Positions 1 through 11,428 of a stretch of DNA of 64,000 nt are shown piece by piece. Numbering within the stretch: position 1 is the first letter of the stretch; the number at the start of each line of letters is the position of its first letter. The notes beneath the pieces are model-generated. The model was not told where the DNA came from. It saw only the letters and a list, made by a program, of their open reading frames with translations, and did not search any database. Position numbers and translations under genes: made by a program. The stretch comes from Prorocentrum cordatum (Eukaryota): the NCBI GenBank assembly GCA_963575745.1, contig CAUYUJ010000002.1, forward strand, positions 1,860,001 through 1,924,000, given 5' to 3'.

Positions 1-1434
1 TTCAGCCTGGCGCTCGACCCCATCCTTCGCATGATGTGCCTCAAAATTCCGCGGCCGCTTGGGACTATCCGAGCATTCGCCGATGACGTTGGCCTCGTTG
101 CTCGGGATGTGTATCGTGCTCTGGGTCTCTCTCTCTCTCTCTCTCGAAGTTTGGGTTATCGCTGCCGGTGCTGCCGGCCTCGTCCTGCACGTGAAAAAGG
201 CCGTCGCGGTGCCATATTCTAGGCTTTCCAGGAGCGAGTTCGAGCAAAAACTGCGGACGCTCGGGATCAGGGGATCCAACTTCTCTCTCGCCCCGGCCGC
301 CAAGTACTTCGGAGTTTTTTTGGATGGGACGCACGGGCACTGAGTTGGGAGGGGCCGACCAGGAAAATGGAGGGGAGGGCGAGGATCACCAAGAGCCTTG
401 ATCTCGGCCTCACCAAGAGTATTGCCAGATATAACATGTACGGTTTAGCTGTCTCACGTTCACTGGCCAGTTTCATTACCCATCCGAGCTTGCTGTCTCA
501 AGGCGTCGAGAAGCTGGCCAGTGCATGACGAATGCCCGTAGGAACGCCCTCCCAACCACTCTCTTGTGTCAGCTCAAAGAGATCGGCGGAGCGTGTCAGA
601 TCTGCGACCTCGTCTGCATGTGCAAGGCCGCTATGTTTCGGATGTTTTTTTTCCCCCCCAGCCTTCTTCGAGCTCAGGCGGCAAATCTTCGAATTTAACG
701 GGGGCGACGAATGCGCCATCCTATGGAAGAGGCACCCGATCGCCAAGTCATCGTCCATCATAAGCCTGGTTAAGAACTACGACGAGATGTTGGCCCTCCC
801 ACGTGCTCCGTCTCATGACCCACCGCTCCAGCGGAAAGTGCACCAACATTAACCAGCCCCGAAAACCCCGAGCTATAGGACCACCTTGGGCAAGCGCATC
901 AGGTATTTCACTCGTCTCCCCTCGGCGGCTGCCCAGGTTGATGCTTGTGTTTTGTACCTTCGGCGGTTGGGTCAGAATGCCCCTTCCTGGATGTTTATGG
1001 TCGCCCTGAGGGCCTTGTGCAATAGCTGGTGCACGACGCGAAGGTTCCGAGAGCCCACCCGTAGGTGTAAATGGTGCCAATTCGCAGTCGGGGGTGATGA
1101 CATTCTACATGATTATTCATGTCCTATTTCCGATATGTTGTTCCTTGCTCTGCCCCTGCTTCCCCCGTCCTTTCTCACTGCCTCTGCCTCGTCCCGCCTC
1201 CTCAACTTCCCTCTTGGGCCCCTGCCCGTCCCTGCTTTGCTCTCTGTTGGCCTCGTCCATGACATGCTTATTGTCTGCATTGTGCTTCTCGGGAGCGGGA
1301 GCGGTCGACAACGCAGCTCCGCCAGCTCATCCGAGCTCGCCTGCGATGGGCCAGCCGAAGAGGAGGCCCGACGCTGGCAGCGCTCACGCGCCCAGGCCAG
1401 GTCTAGCCCTCTGACGAACGCCCCTGAGGTTTAG
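1..1434 (+). mobile_element. 3' part of a degenerate non-LTR retrotransposon (RT core, thumb, C-terminal Cys/His finger), cut by the window edge
   Basis: Frame 1 from base 1 reads FSLALDPILR...IRAFADDVGLV (RT FADD motif). After a frameshift come AGLVLHVKK (GLxxNxxK-like) and AAKYFGVFL (KYLG-like). CKWCQFAVGGDDILHDYSCP near 1066-1125 is a CxxC..H..C finger. Stops and frameshifts are present. Confidence 0.85.
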
Positions 1435-1477
1435 GGATAGGGTCGGGTCGGCCTATTCCCTCGCCTCTCCGAAGCCC

Positions 1478-1683
1478 GCTCCCTCCTCTTCCTCCTCCTC
1501 TTCCTCCTCCCCCTCCTCCTTCTCCCCTTCCTCGTCCTTCTCCTCCTCCTCCGTTTCCTCCTCCTCCTTCTCCTGCCTCCTCCTCCTCCTCCTTCTCCCC
1601 CTCCTCGTCCTCCTCCTGATCCTTTTCCTCCTCCTTCCTCCTCCTCCTCGTCCCCCTCTTTTTCCTGCTCCCCCTCCTCCTCT
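1478..1683. repeat. Imperfect (CCT)n microsatellite
   Basis: Directly visible. Confidence 0.95.
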
Positions 1684-1811
1684 TCGATCACTTATCCTCA
1701 TACATAATTTATCCCTGTCGCACCTCGGGGCAGGTTTTTGGGGCGGGCTGGGCGCTTCTCCTGAGAATTCTTCACCGCTTATGATTCTAAAGTTTAAAAA
1801 AGTGATCAGTT

Positions 1812-2260
1812 TCATGGAGTGAGGGCGGGTCGTTTTCAACATGTGGTTCTTGTCTTAGCGCCGCGCGCACTCGTTGTCATTATTTGCAAGTTTTTCACGG
1901 ATTGCGGGCGGGCCGTTTTTTTTTTATGTGGTCTACGCCTTAGCGCCGCGCACATTCATTGTCAAACTTTGCAGCACGGATTGAGGGCGGGCCGTTTTCA
2001 AAATGTGGTTCCCGCCTTGGCGCCGCGCGCATTCGTTGTCAAACGTCGCAAGGGTTTCACGGATTGAGCGCGGGTGGTTTTCAACATGTGGTTCTCGCTT
2101 CAGCGCGGGGCACATTCTTTTCTAAACAAAATTGCAAGAGCTTCACGGCTTGAGGGCGGGCCGTTTTCAACATGTGGCTCTCGTTTAGCGCCGCGCACAT
2201 TAATTTTAAGCATGTTCATTCAGTAGCTTCACGGATTGAAGTCGGCTCCTTTTCACGGGT
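1812..2260. repeat. Minisatellite, ~83-bp unit, about 5.5 copies
   Basis: The anchor TGAGGGCGGGCCGTTTTCAACATGTGG recurs near 1820, 1903, 1982, 2065, 2151 and 2237. Degenerate relatives occur at about 18255-18640. Confidence 0.9.
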
Positions 2261-2367
2261 TGAAGTCGCCTCCATGATCCACGAACCAAGAATTGCGATT
2301 GGGAAGGACTCGGGATTATGCGGGCGCAATTCTTTTGTTCATTCGCGATGCTGAATTCCCCAAAATG

Positions 2368-3441
2368 ACCTCCTCCTCATTTCAATATCCCTCCTCCTTC
2401 CCACTCATCCTCATCCTCATGCTCGTCCATCCTCCTTCTTCCTCCCCCATCGTCCTCCTCCTCCTCCTACTCCTCCTTATTCCTCCTCCTCCTCCGTTCT
2501 GTTCCTCGTCCTTCTCCTCGTCCTCCTCCTCCTTTTTTTCCTCTTCCTCCTTCTCCTCCTCCGCCTCCTTTTCCTCCTCCTCCCCCTCGTCCTCCTCCTC
2601 CTCATTTTCCTCCTCCTCCGCCTCCTCCTCTTCCTCATCCTCCTCTTCCTCCTCCTCCTTTTCCTCCTCATCCTCATCCTCAACCTCACCCTTCCTCCTC
2701 ATCAGCATCCTGCACCATCAGCATCAGCAATAACAGCAATGGTAGTACCATCATCATCAGCATCATCATGATCATAATCCTCATGACCATCAGCACCTAC
2801 ATCATCACCATCATCATCAGCATCATCATCAGCAGCATCATCAGCATCCCTCCTCCTTCCCCCTTCTCCTCCTCCTCCACCTCCTCCTCGTCCTCCTCCC
2901 CTTCGTCCTCTTACTCCTCCTCCTCCTCCTGCTCCTCCTCATCCTCCTCCTCCTCTCCTCCTCTTCCTCCTTGTCCTCCTCCTCCTCCTTTTCCTCCTCC
3001 TTCTTCCTCCTCCTTGTCCCCCGCCTCTTCTTCCTCCTCCTCCTCCTCCTCCTCCTCCTCCCCCTCCTCCTCCTCTCCCTCCGTTTCCTCCTCTTCCTCT
3101 TCGTCCTCCTCCTCCTGCTCCTCCTCCCCTTCCTCCTCCTTCCTCCTTGTTCCTCCTCCTCCTCCGCCTCCTACTCTTCTTCCTCTTCCTCATCTTCCTC
3201 CTCGTCCTCCTCCTTTTCATCCTCCTCCTCCTCGTCCTCCTCCTTCCCCGCCTCCTCCTCCGCCTCCTCCTCCTCTTCCTTCTCCTCCTCATGTTCCTCC
3301 TCCTTTTTAATCTCCTCCTCCTCCTCCTCCTGCTCCTGCTCCGGTTCCTGCTTCTCCTGCTTCTCCTGCTCCGCCTCCGCCTCCGCCTCCTCCTCCTTCT
3401 CCTCCTCCTTCTCCTCCTCCTCCTCCTCCTCCTCCTCCTCC
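2368..3441. repeat. Long (CCT)n tract with an internal (CAT/CAG)n block
   Basis: Directly visible; CATCAT/CAGCAT block at about 2700-2850. Confidence 0.95.
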
Positions 3442-3632
3442 AAGGCGATGACCGTGGCGCAGGAGCTGCAGGAGGCCCTGGACGCGATCGCTTGGCTACG
3501 CCGCGCGGCATGCGCGAACGAGGGCCTGAGGCGGCAGTTGGCGGAAGCGCGGGAGCACGGCGGCCAGCTGCGCCAGCGCTTGCGCGAGGAGGGGCGCCCG
3601 ACCAGCGAGCAGCAGGAGGGGGGGTGGCGGGC

Positions 3633-3806
3633 GGGGGGGGGGGGAGGGGGGAGGAGGAGGAGGAGGAGGAGGAGGAGGAGGAGGAGGAGGAGGAGGAGGA
3701 GGAGGAGGAGGAGGAGGAGAGGAGGAGGAGGCGGAGGCGGAGGAGGAGGAGGAGGAGGAAGAGGAGGAGGAGAAGCGCTGAGCAGGGAGCGGGGAGGAGG
3801 GGGAGG
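3633..3806. repeat. G run plus (GGA)n tract
   Basis: Directly visible. Confidence 0.95.
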
Positions 3807-4234
3807 ATACTGGCACACAGGCACAGAGAAGCGTTGAGGCCCAGGGAAGTGTGGGGAAAAAGTGAGGAAAGTGGGGGGGGGAGACGGGCATCCCGGACAT
3901 CCAACTTAGAAATAATTTCGAGCACCAAGAGGGTGCCGAACCCGGGCCCTTCGAGACGATACTCGTTCGACACTTTGCCACCGTGTCGGGCAGGCACTGT
4001 TTCGGTAATGTTGGGAGTGTTCGAAATCATGTTTGGAATGTGGCCCGTAAGTACGATGGGAACCCCATAAAGCGACGGGACATCCAAAGATGTGTGTCTC
4101 ATTGTTTTTGTTTCCCTGGGCCCCACACAGAGCAGGCGGCAGGCGCTGCCGCTGGCGGGCGGAGTCCAGCGCGCAAGGGGAGACGGAACGATGACGAGGA
4201 CTTGCAGGTGATCAGGGGCAACGATAGGGGCAGA

Positions 4235-4392
4235 TCCTTCTCCTCCTTCTCCTCCCTCTTCCTCCGCCTCTTCCTCCTCCTCCTCCTCCTCCTCCTCCTC
4301 CTCCCTCCTCCCTCCTCCTCCGCCTCGTCCTTCCTCCTCCTCCTCCTCCTCCTCCTCCTCATCCTCATCCTCATCCTCATCCTCATCCTCCA

Positions 4393-4428
<36 letters not shown>

Positions 4429-4478
4429 TCCTCCTCCTCCTCCTCCTCCTCCTCCTCCTCCTCCTCCTCCTGCTCCTC
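4235..4478. repeat. (CCT)n/(CAT)n/(CTG)n compound microsatellite
   Basis: Directly visible. Confidence 0.95.
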
Positions 4479-5950
4479 ACGCCTCGGGGGCAACGTTAGG
4501 GTTCGAAGTCGAGTTTTCGTATGTTTTCGGTGGTTCTCATCAGTTTTCCAGCCTCGGGCTGCTCTCCAGTGGCTGCGCCTCGCTGGGAGCGTTCCTTGGG
4601 TGCCCAGATCTCTTCGAACGGCCGCTGGACAGCGTACGCAGTCGTGGCCCGGAAACCGGGGGGGCAACGGTAGAGGGGGATACGTTCAGGAGGGAACGCA
4701 ACGACCCCGAATCGCCCACTGATCCGCAGGAGGGGCCTGATAGCCCCACCCAGCTCAGAAATGCGCGGATTCGCTATCGGGGGCATCTCGCCGATCTATC
4801 GGCGATGTATCGCCGATTCCGGGTCGATGGTTCCCCCCTATGCCGGTTCCCCCCCATTATTGCCCTTCAGGTGAGCGACGTAGGAAGGCGTGGTCGGTTT
4901 CGCCAACGTTCGCGCGCGAGCTGCCCGCGTAAGGTCGCGCGTAAACGCCCTCGTTTCCAACGTGGCGTGCCGCGCGGGCGGCCCGTGCAGGTCGCCGCGC
5001 AAGGTCGCTGCGCCATCTCGCGCAAGACCCTCCTCCTCCTCCTCCTCCTCATCCTCCTCCTTTTCCTCTTCCTCCTCCTCCTCCGCCTCCTCCTCATCCT
5101 TCTCCTTCTCCCAGGTGCCCCTCGTGAACGGCGCGCTCCATGTCGGCTGGGAGCTCGAGACGCAGCAGCTGCGGTCGGCGCTGGGCAGCCTGTGTGCCAT
5201 TCGGGATCCCGCAAAGGGGGGGTGCCCCGGGGGTGGGGATTCAATCGGCTTTTGCACCGAACCAGCCAAACAGATGCTTCCCAGCCGCAGGCAGCTCCCG
5301 ATAGCTGCCGATGGGTGGGGCATGCGGGGGGCGTCTGTTTGCGCTGGTTCGGTGCACCAGCGGATCGAACTCAGGCTCCCCTCAGGGTCACCCCCTTTCT
5401 GGTGGATCCCGAGCCATGCAGGGCTGCGTGAGCGAGGTCCAGAAGCCGCTCGTCGGCCTCCGGGAGACCGCACGCGCCTGGCGGGAGGAGCTCTTGCGCC
5501 TGGGCTGCCGGGAGGCGGCGTTGCCGCCGGTGCCGCAGTGTTCCATTTGGAATTTTTGGTACGATCGAAATGGGTACAGTCTAGAGGAGGAAAAGGTACC
5601 CCTACCGCTACCCTTCCCTCGTTTTCCTCTTTTTGGGCCTCCTGGGCGGCTCTCATCGCCACCGCTGGATTCGCCTCAAAATTCTGGTCAGAACGCACCC
5701 TGGGAGAGGTCCGGGGAGTAGCGGTATCGGTATTTTTTGGTTTCCCAAACAGTCGGACCGAGGTGTAAAATCGAGGTCGGTTCGGGAAGGGTACCCTGGT
5801 GATCGTGTGCTGCTGGACGTTGTTGTGCACCCTGGGGAGGGCACAATGGGATGTTCCGTTTGTTTTGGCCGGCGGAGGGTCTCGTGTTCTTGAAGGAGGT
5901 TCTTCTGGTTTAGGTCCGACTGTATGGAACGAATTCGGGTGTTGCCAGAA

Positions 5951-6088
5951 GTACCCCTGGCCCAAGGTGCCCCCGGGGATTTCCAGGGATGCCCCCGCGG
6001 CCTCCAGAGCACCCCTCACGAGGCCCAGAGGCCTCCATGGGGCTCCAAGATCGAACGAAAAGCTGGGGGTACCTTGGGCCAGGGGCAC
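5951..6088. mobile_element. MITE-like element with 21-bp inverted repeats
   Basis: CCCCTGGCCCAAGGTGCCCCC (5954-5974) and GGGGGTACCTTGGGCCAGGGG (6065-6085) are complementary at 20/21 positions. Confidence 0.5.
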
Positions 6089-7339
6089 CTGAAGCAACCC
6101 CTGGCGAGTTGGCACGAAGACCGACAGCAGTTCCTGTCCATGTTGAAGAGGGTTCGATGTCGCGCGTTGCCGCGGACGCTGTCCATTCGAGGCAGGAGGC
6201 CGCCTGCTCAACAGCGGCCGCTGTCGGTTTGGGACGGCATGTGTTGTTGGGCATCGAGCCAATTTTTTCCGCACACGTCTTGGGCGTCCACAGGAATGCG
6301 GCTGGCGGCACGAGCGCCGTGGCCGAGGCACTCAACGAGTGCATTGAGGCACTGATGGTGGAGACCTCGTTCCAACTGGCAGTCGCAGACGGTGCTGCGG
6401 CAGCGGGGCAGGAGCTGCAGGCGCACGATCCGCGGCCACCCTCTCTTCGATAGCACCGGGTCGCGACGCTCACCCGCCGACGGCCAGCACCCCCAGGACG
6501 TGGCCCCCGGGGCAAGGAATGCCCCTCGTGGACGGACGGCCTGTTCGGGGGCCGAAGCTGCTTACGCTATAACGGAGGCATCAGCGCTTCCTAGCTTGCG
6601 TGTGCAGACGGCGAAGAAGGAGCACGCGGAGCACGCGGATTGGAACTCGACGGGATCCAGCTGGCGAGGGGAGGTATAAGTAATGACGTCACGGGTCGAC
6701 AAGCTCAGGTCAGGAACTTCACGGCAAGGTATATCAGCGGCCCGCAGGCGAGCATTTGCGCGAACGACGCCCATGGAGAGCTGGGCGGAAGACGCAGCCC
6801 TCGCTCGACCAACATGCAGGCGCGACTTTCGAGGGCAAGAACAGCATGAGCAGCCAACGAGAAGGACTATACGGCAGGTGTTGCCTGAGTTCTTTGCCCC
6901 CGCCCGTCGCGCCCTCCAGCGGTCCACGGCTACGCCCGGCGTTGGCAGAATCGGAGGCCAGGCAGCGCAGGGTGGGATGACGGTCGGAAATGATCAGCAG
7001 GGGACGTTGTAGTTTCAGAGGGGGCAGTGGAAAGCTACCCAGGCGCCCGGGGGGGTGAGAAATATGCGGTTGACTTGGGGGAAGCCTGGGCATACCCAGG
7101 CTGTTCTGTCCTTCAGCGGCGAGCGAGGGGGGGAAGTGAGAAGGAGAAGGCCCGAACGAGTTCCCATGCTACCAGCGGGACCCAGGGTCCAGGACCCGTT
7201 CCCTTAGGACCCGCTGCCCCCATGCTACCAGCGGTCCACCGAGCGCACGGAAGGCGTCTTGGATGGACGGCTCAGCTCCGAGGATGACTTGGAGCCGAGC
7301 CCAATCTGGAAGGCTTGGGTTGGGCTCGATTCTTTCCTT

Positions 7340-7872
7340 AGTGTTAAGTCGGGCATGTCCCTCTAGCGGGGGAATATTCAAAAAGAGTCCCCCAAAAATG
7401 GTGACGACTTTGTCTGCTTGTTTTGACTTGTTTTGAATATGTTTGATTATTTGTAATGTTTCTTCAAAAATCCGCTTGTAAGACAGCCCCCCAGATCGGC
7501 GGCCCAGGAGGGACAGAAGCATCCCTGCCGCGGTCACCCGCGCCGCGGCCCGCGCTGGGCGCACTGCCACTGGGCCACCACGCCCGCACTGCCTGACGCG
7601 CGAAACCCCCAGCCCTTTGGCCGCCACGTCGAGCGCTGGCCGCCCTCCAGCAGAGGGGAAGGCAGCAAGCTGTGCAAAGTGTTGCTCGTGGGAGGCTCTG
7701 GGGGCCTGCTCATGGGGGCCTCTGGGACAGTCTTGGGGTTAAGTCGGGCGCGTCCTTCTACAGGAGGGATGCTCCAAATTTGCTACACACAAGAAATGAT
7801 AGTCTGGGGAAGATGTTTCTATTATGTTGCATCATCTTTGACTCTGTTTGATTATTTACAATGTTTCTTCCA
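7340..7872. repeat. Diverged local duplication (~130 bp; about 7340-7470 and 7735-7872)
   Basis: Shared blocks TTAAGTCGGGC..GTCC.TCTA and TGTTTGATTATTT..AATGTTTCTTC. Confidence 0.7.
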
Positions 7873-8431
7873 CTATTCGTCTGTGGGAGGACATGCCCGG
7901 TCTAATCTTAGAGGCATCTTGGTGGCCTCTTGGGCCGGCGCGGATGTCTTGTTGGATCGTGTCGGGGGCCTCGGGGGCCGCATGGAAAGCTTCCTGGCGG
8001 CAGGGGAGAAGTAGTGGCGGAGAGTGCCGTTCCTGTGGAAGTTCTTTTTTCCCCCTCCCTCCTCCCCCGCCTCCTCGGCCTTCTTCCCTCCCTCCCTCGC
8101 TCCCTCTGTCGCTCCATCTCTCCCCCCCCCGTCTCCGCCTCACTCCCTCCGCCCCCCCCCCCCCCCGATGGCTTGATATGTTCGCGTCTCGGGCCCCCGA
8201 CCTCTCGACCCCTGCCCTGGGACCAGCTTCTCGTCCTGGGCCGCCGTTCTGTCGACCGTCCCAGAGCCCAGACGCGGCCTCCAGCTGCTCAAAAAACGGT
8301 GGACCCGCTATTCTCGAGCCTCTGAAAGTCCAGATCCTTCCCTTCCTCCGCATGGCAGCTCCGAGATCCTCGGCCTCCCTCGGGCCGAGCTCGCAGTCCT
8401 AGAGGGCCCGCCGAAACCACCCACAGTCCAG

Positions 8432-8492
8432 GTCCACCCAGCACCAGCTGCTGCGCGGCGGCATCCTCACCGAACTCCTGAAGCAGAAGCAG
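8432..8492 (+). CDS. ATP1: Mitochondrial ATP synthase F1 subunit alpha, internal exon (STQHQLLRGGILTELLKQKQ)
   Basis: Matches the F1-alpha segment xTQxLLxRGxxLTELLKQxQ that follows FGSDLDA. AG acceptor at 8430-8431, GC donor at 8493-8494. No upstream exons were found in the window. Confidence 0.92.
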
Positions 8493-8677
8493 GCAGCACC
8501 TGCTGGGGGGGTGGGTCGGAAGAGGCACGGCGTTGAGGGGTCGAGGTTCGAGGTGTTTGGGCGTGTTTCGTTTTGTTGTTGCGCTTCCGGGAGACATCTC
8601 GTCGCAGCGGCTGCACTACCCTCAAATAATCATACCGTATCTTCGGGAGGTCCAGGGAGTGATCGAGGATCGATGAG

Positions 8678-9253
8678 GGGGCAGGAGGAGGAGAGGGAGG
8701 GAGGGAGGGAGGGAGGGAGGAGGAGGAGGAGGAGGAGGAGGGAGGAGGAAGAGGAGATGGATGAAGAGGAGGAGGACGAAGAGGAGGAGATGAGGAGGAT
8801 GACAACGAGTGCAGAAGCAGGAGGACGAGGGGGAGGAGAAGGAGAGAGGAAGGGGGGAGGAGGGAAGAAGAGGGGAGGAGGAGGAAGGAGGAGAAGGAGG
8901 AGGAGGGAGGAGGAGGAGGAGGAGGAGGCAGGAGGAGGACGGAGGAGCAGCAGCAGCAGCAGCATCAACAGCAGCAGGAGAACAAGGAGAGGAACAGGAG
9001 GAGGATGAGGAGCAGGGGAAACAGGAGCAGCAGCAGCAGCGGACGTGACCGCAAGCGTTGCCACAGCAGCAGCAACAGGAGGAGGAGCTACAGGAGACGA
9101 ACAGGCGGAGGAGGAGGAGGAGCAGGAGGAGGAACATGAGGAACAGGAGCAGCAGCAGGGACAACAGCATGAGCAGGGGGGTGGAGGAGGAGGAGGAGGA
9201 GGAGGAGGAGGAGCAGGAGGAGGATGATGATGATGAGGAGGAGGAGGAGGAGG
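8678..9253. repeat. (GGA)n/(GCA)n tract within an ATP1 intron
   Basis: Directly visible. Confidence 0.95.
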
Positions 9254-10069
9254 ACACCACGGGCTGCGGATCGCCTGGCATTTTCAGGGTGGCATCCTTG
9301 CCGTCTTGGTGTTCGACATGTGCGCCCGCTGCCGTTGGCCCAGGCAGGGCGCAGGATCGCGACCCTCAATACCTTGAAAGCCCGAGACCCCCTCTGCCGC
9401 AGTGTATTATATGCTTCGCATTGCATGTTCTTGTACGCAGATTCCGTAGTGTACGCAGTTTAGCATGGCACGATTGTTGTGTATCGTTCTGAGGTTTGAT
9501 CGAATTCGCAATCTTTGGAATCGATTATGCGGGTTCGCTCGATAACCAGAGAATGCCGCGATCGTGTGTGTGTGTGTGCGTGTGGGTGGTTGTATGGTTT
9601 CGGGCATGATGCGAAGGCATTGTCAGCATGTGCGACTACATGCGATCAAGTAGTGTGCATTCCTGAACCTGAGGTAGTGTGAATTGGGCCGCGCATGGCT
9701 ATGCGTGGGAGAGAGGAACCACCAAACAAAAGATGCGATCCAGCTGGTGTTTGGGTTGTTACGTTGTCCATGTGTTCATATGCACGTGCGTAGGTCAGCT
9801 TGCATGCGATTCCATGCAATGCGTTCATGTGCCATCACCCGCATGCTTGCGGATGTTCAAAAATACATGCACAGGAAGGTAACATTGACAATTCACCGAT
9901 ACGCGGTGTTGCATTTTCCAGGAGGAGGAGCGAGAATCCAAGACACAGGAGGGTAGGGAAGTTTCCCGAGACGTACCCACGCCTTTTTCCATGTCCGGCG
10001 ACTATCAAACAAGTGTTCCTTACCAGAGAAAACATTGTGAGTTGCGCAGCACTCTTGCCCAGGAAAGTA

Positions 10070-10890
10070 TCAGCGAGGTCTCGATTGGGTCAACGTGACC
10101 CCCGACTCCGCCGGAAGTCCCAGGATCCCACGACAGCGGCAACAGTTGCGACAGCTGCGCACTTCGCAGGCACCCAGGAAACCGTGTGCGTGGGTGCCTG
10201 CCAGGAGCCCCAGGAGCCCACGAAAGTGATGAGGGTTGCGCAGCTCGTAGCCACCCAGGGAGGAGCGAGGTCTCGGCTGGGTTCACGTACAACTCCACCC
10301 CGCTAGACCTCCCAGGGGGGCAGCGAGGTCTCAAATGGGTGCGCGTGGCCCCTGACCCCGCTGGACCTCCCAGGAGCCCACGAAAGTGGTGACACTTGCG
10401 CAGTTGGCAGCCACCCACCCCGCTGTGCCTCCCAGGAGGCCACGACAGTGGTGACAGTTGCACAGTTTGCAGCCACCCGAGAAGCCGCGAGGTCTCAGAT
10501 GGGTACGCGTGGCCCCCGACCCCGCTGTGCCTCCCAAGAGCCCACGAAAGTGATGACAGGTGCAATTCGCAGCCTCCCATGGAGCAGCGATGTCTCAAAT
10601 GGGTACGCGTGGCCCCCGACCCCGCTGGACCTCCCAGGAACCCACGACAGTGGTGACAGTTTCGCAGTCCACCGCCTCCCAGGGAACAGCGAGGATTCAA
10701 ATGGGTACGTGTGGCCCCCGACCCCGCTGGACCTCATAGCAGCCCACGAACGTGGCGACGACGCAGGTCGCAGCCACCCAGGGAGCAGCGAGGTCTCAAA
10801 TAGGTACGCGTGCTCCCCCCCGACTCCGCGGGACCTTCCAGGAACCTACGAAAGTGGTGACAGATGCGCAGTTCGTAGCCACCAGGGAGT
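10070..10890. repeat. Minisatellite, ~100-bp unit with partial units, within an ATP1 intron
   Basis: The anchor GCGAGGTCTCAAATGGGTACGCGTGGCCCCCGACCCCGCTGGACCTCCCAGG recurs near 10073, 10265, 10324, 10487, 10587, 10689 and 10788. Confidence 0.92.
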
Positions 10891-11347
10891 ATCGCAGGAC
10901 GACGCAGAAGGAGGGTGGAGGCAGCAAGAGGACAGGAGGAGGATGGGGAGGAGGAGGAATCGCGACCGCAGTGCTCCACTCCAAACGAGAAGCCAACACA
11001 GGAGAGACGAGAACACATGAAGAGAACATGACACATTTGCAGGGCAAGACGAGAACGAGGAAGAGAAAGAGGGAGCTCGAGGTACTAACAACGAACACAA
11101 ACTAGAACAGTAACGACGAAATATGCAACAAGGACGTATTGATATTTGAATGCAGTTGCTTGTATATCGTTTCGCCCGCAGTCCGAGAGTGAAGGACCAA
11201 CGTGCATGACGCGAAGCGCCAATACTGTGTACATGTATAATACATGCAAATGTATATATCTATGTATATACATACACATGTTTGTGTGTATGTATACACA
11301 TGTGTGTATGATTATGTTGTTCTGCGGTCTGCTTCGCCTGCCCGCAG

Positions 11348-11428
11348 TTCGTGCCGATGACTACGGCAGAGATCATCACGTCGTTGTGGTCGGGCACCCG
11401 CGGGTACCTCGACAAGGTGGCAACGAAG
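11348..11428 (+). CDS. ATP1: Mitochondrial ATP synthase F1 subunit alpha, exon (FVPMTTAEIITSLWSGTRGYLDKVATK)
   Basis: Matches the F1-alpha YxPMxxxEQVxxxxxGxRGYLDK segment. CAG acceptor ends at 11347 and the exon is in frame with the previous one. A GA donor at 11429-11430 keeps the conserved GYLDK-x5-IxxFE spacing. Confidence 0.92.

Noticed and set aside
1430..1436. TTTAGGG telomere-like heptamer
   Set aside because: Single copy, expected by chance
4512..4549. Minus-strand CTGATGAG...CGAAA, hammerhead-like
   Set aside because: No stem II or flanking stems can be formed
2293..5431. Long ORFs rich in poly-S/L/P/R/E/G here and around other CCT/GGA tracts
   Set aside because: They are translations of stop-free trinucleotide microsatellites and are open in several frames on both strands
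11417..11418. Canonical GT donor inside the second ATP1 exon
   Set aside because: Using it would delete four residues from the conserved GYLDK-x5-IxxFE spacing
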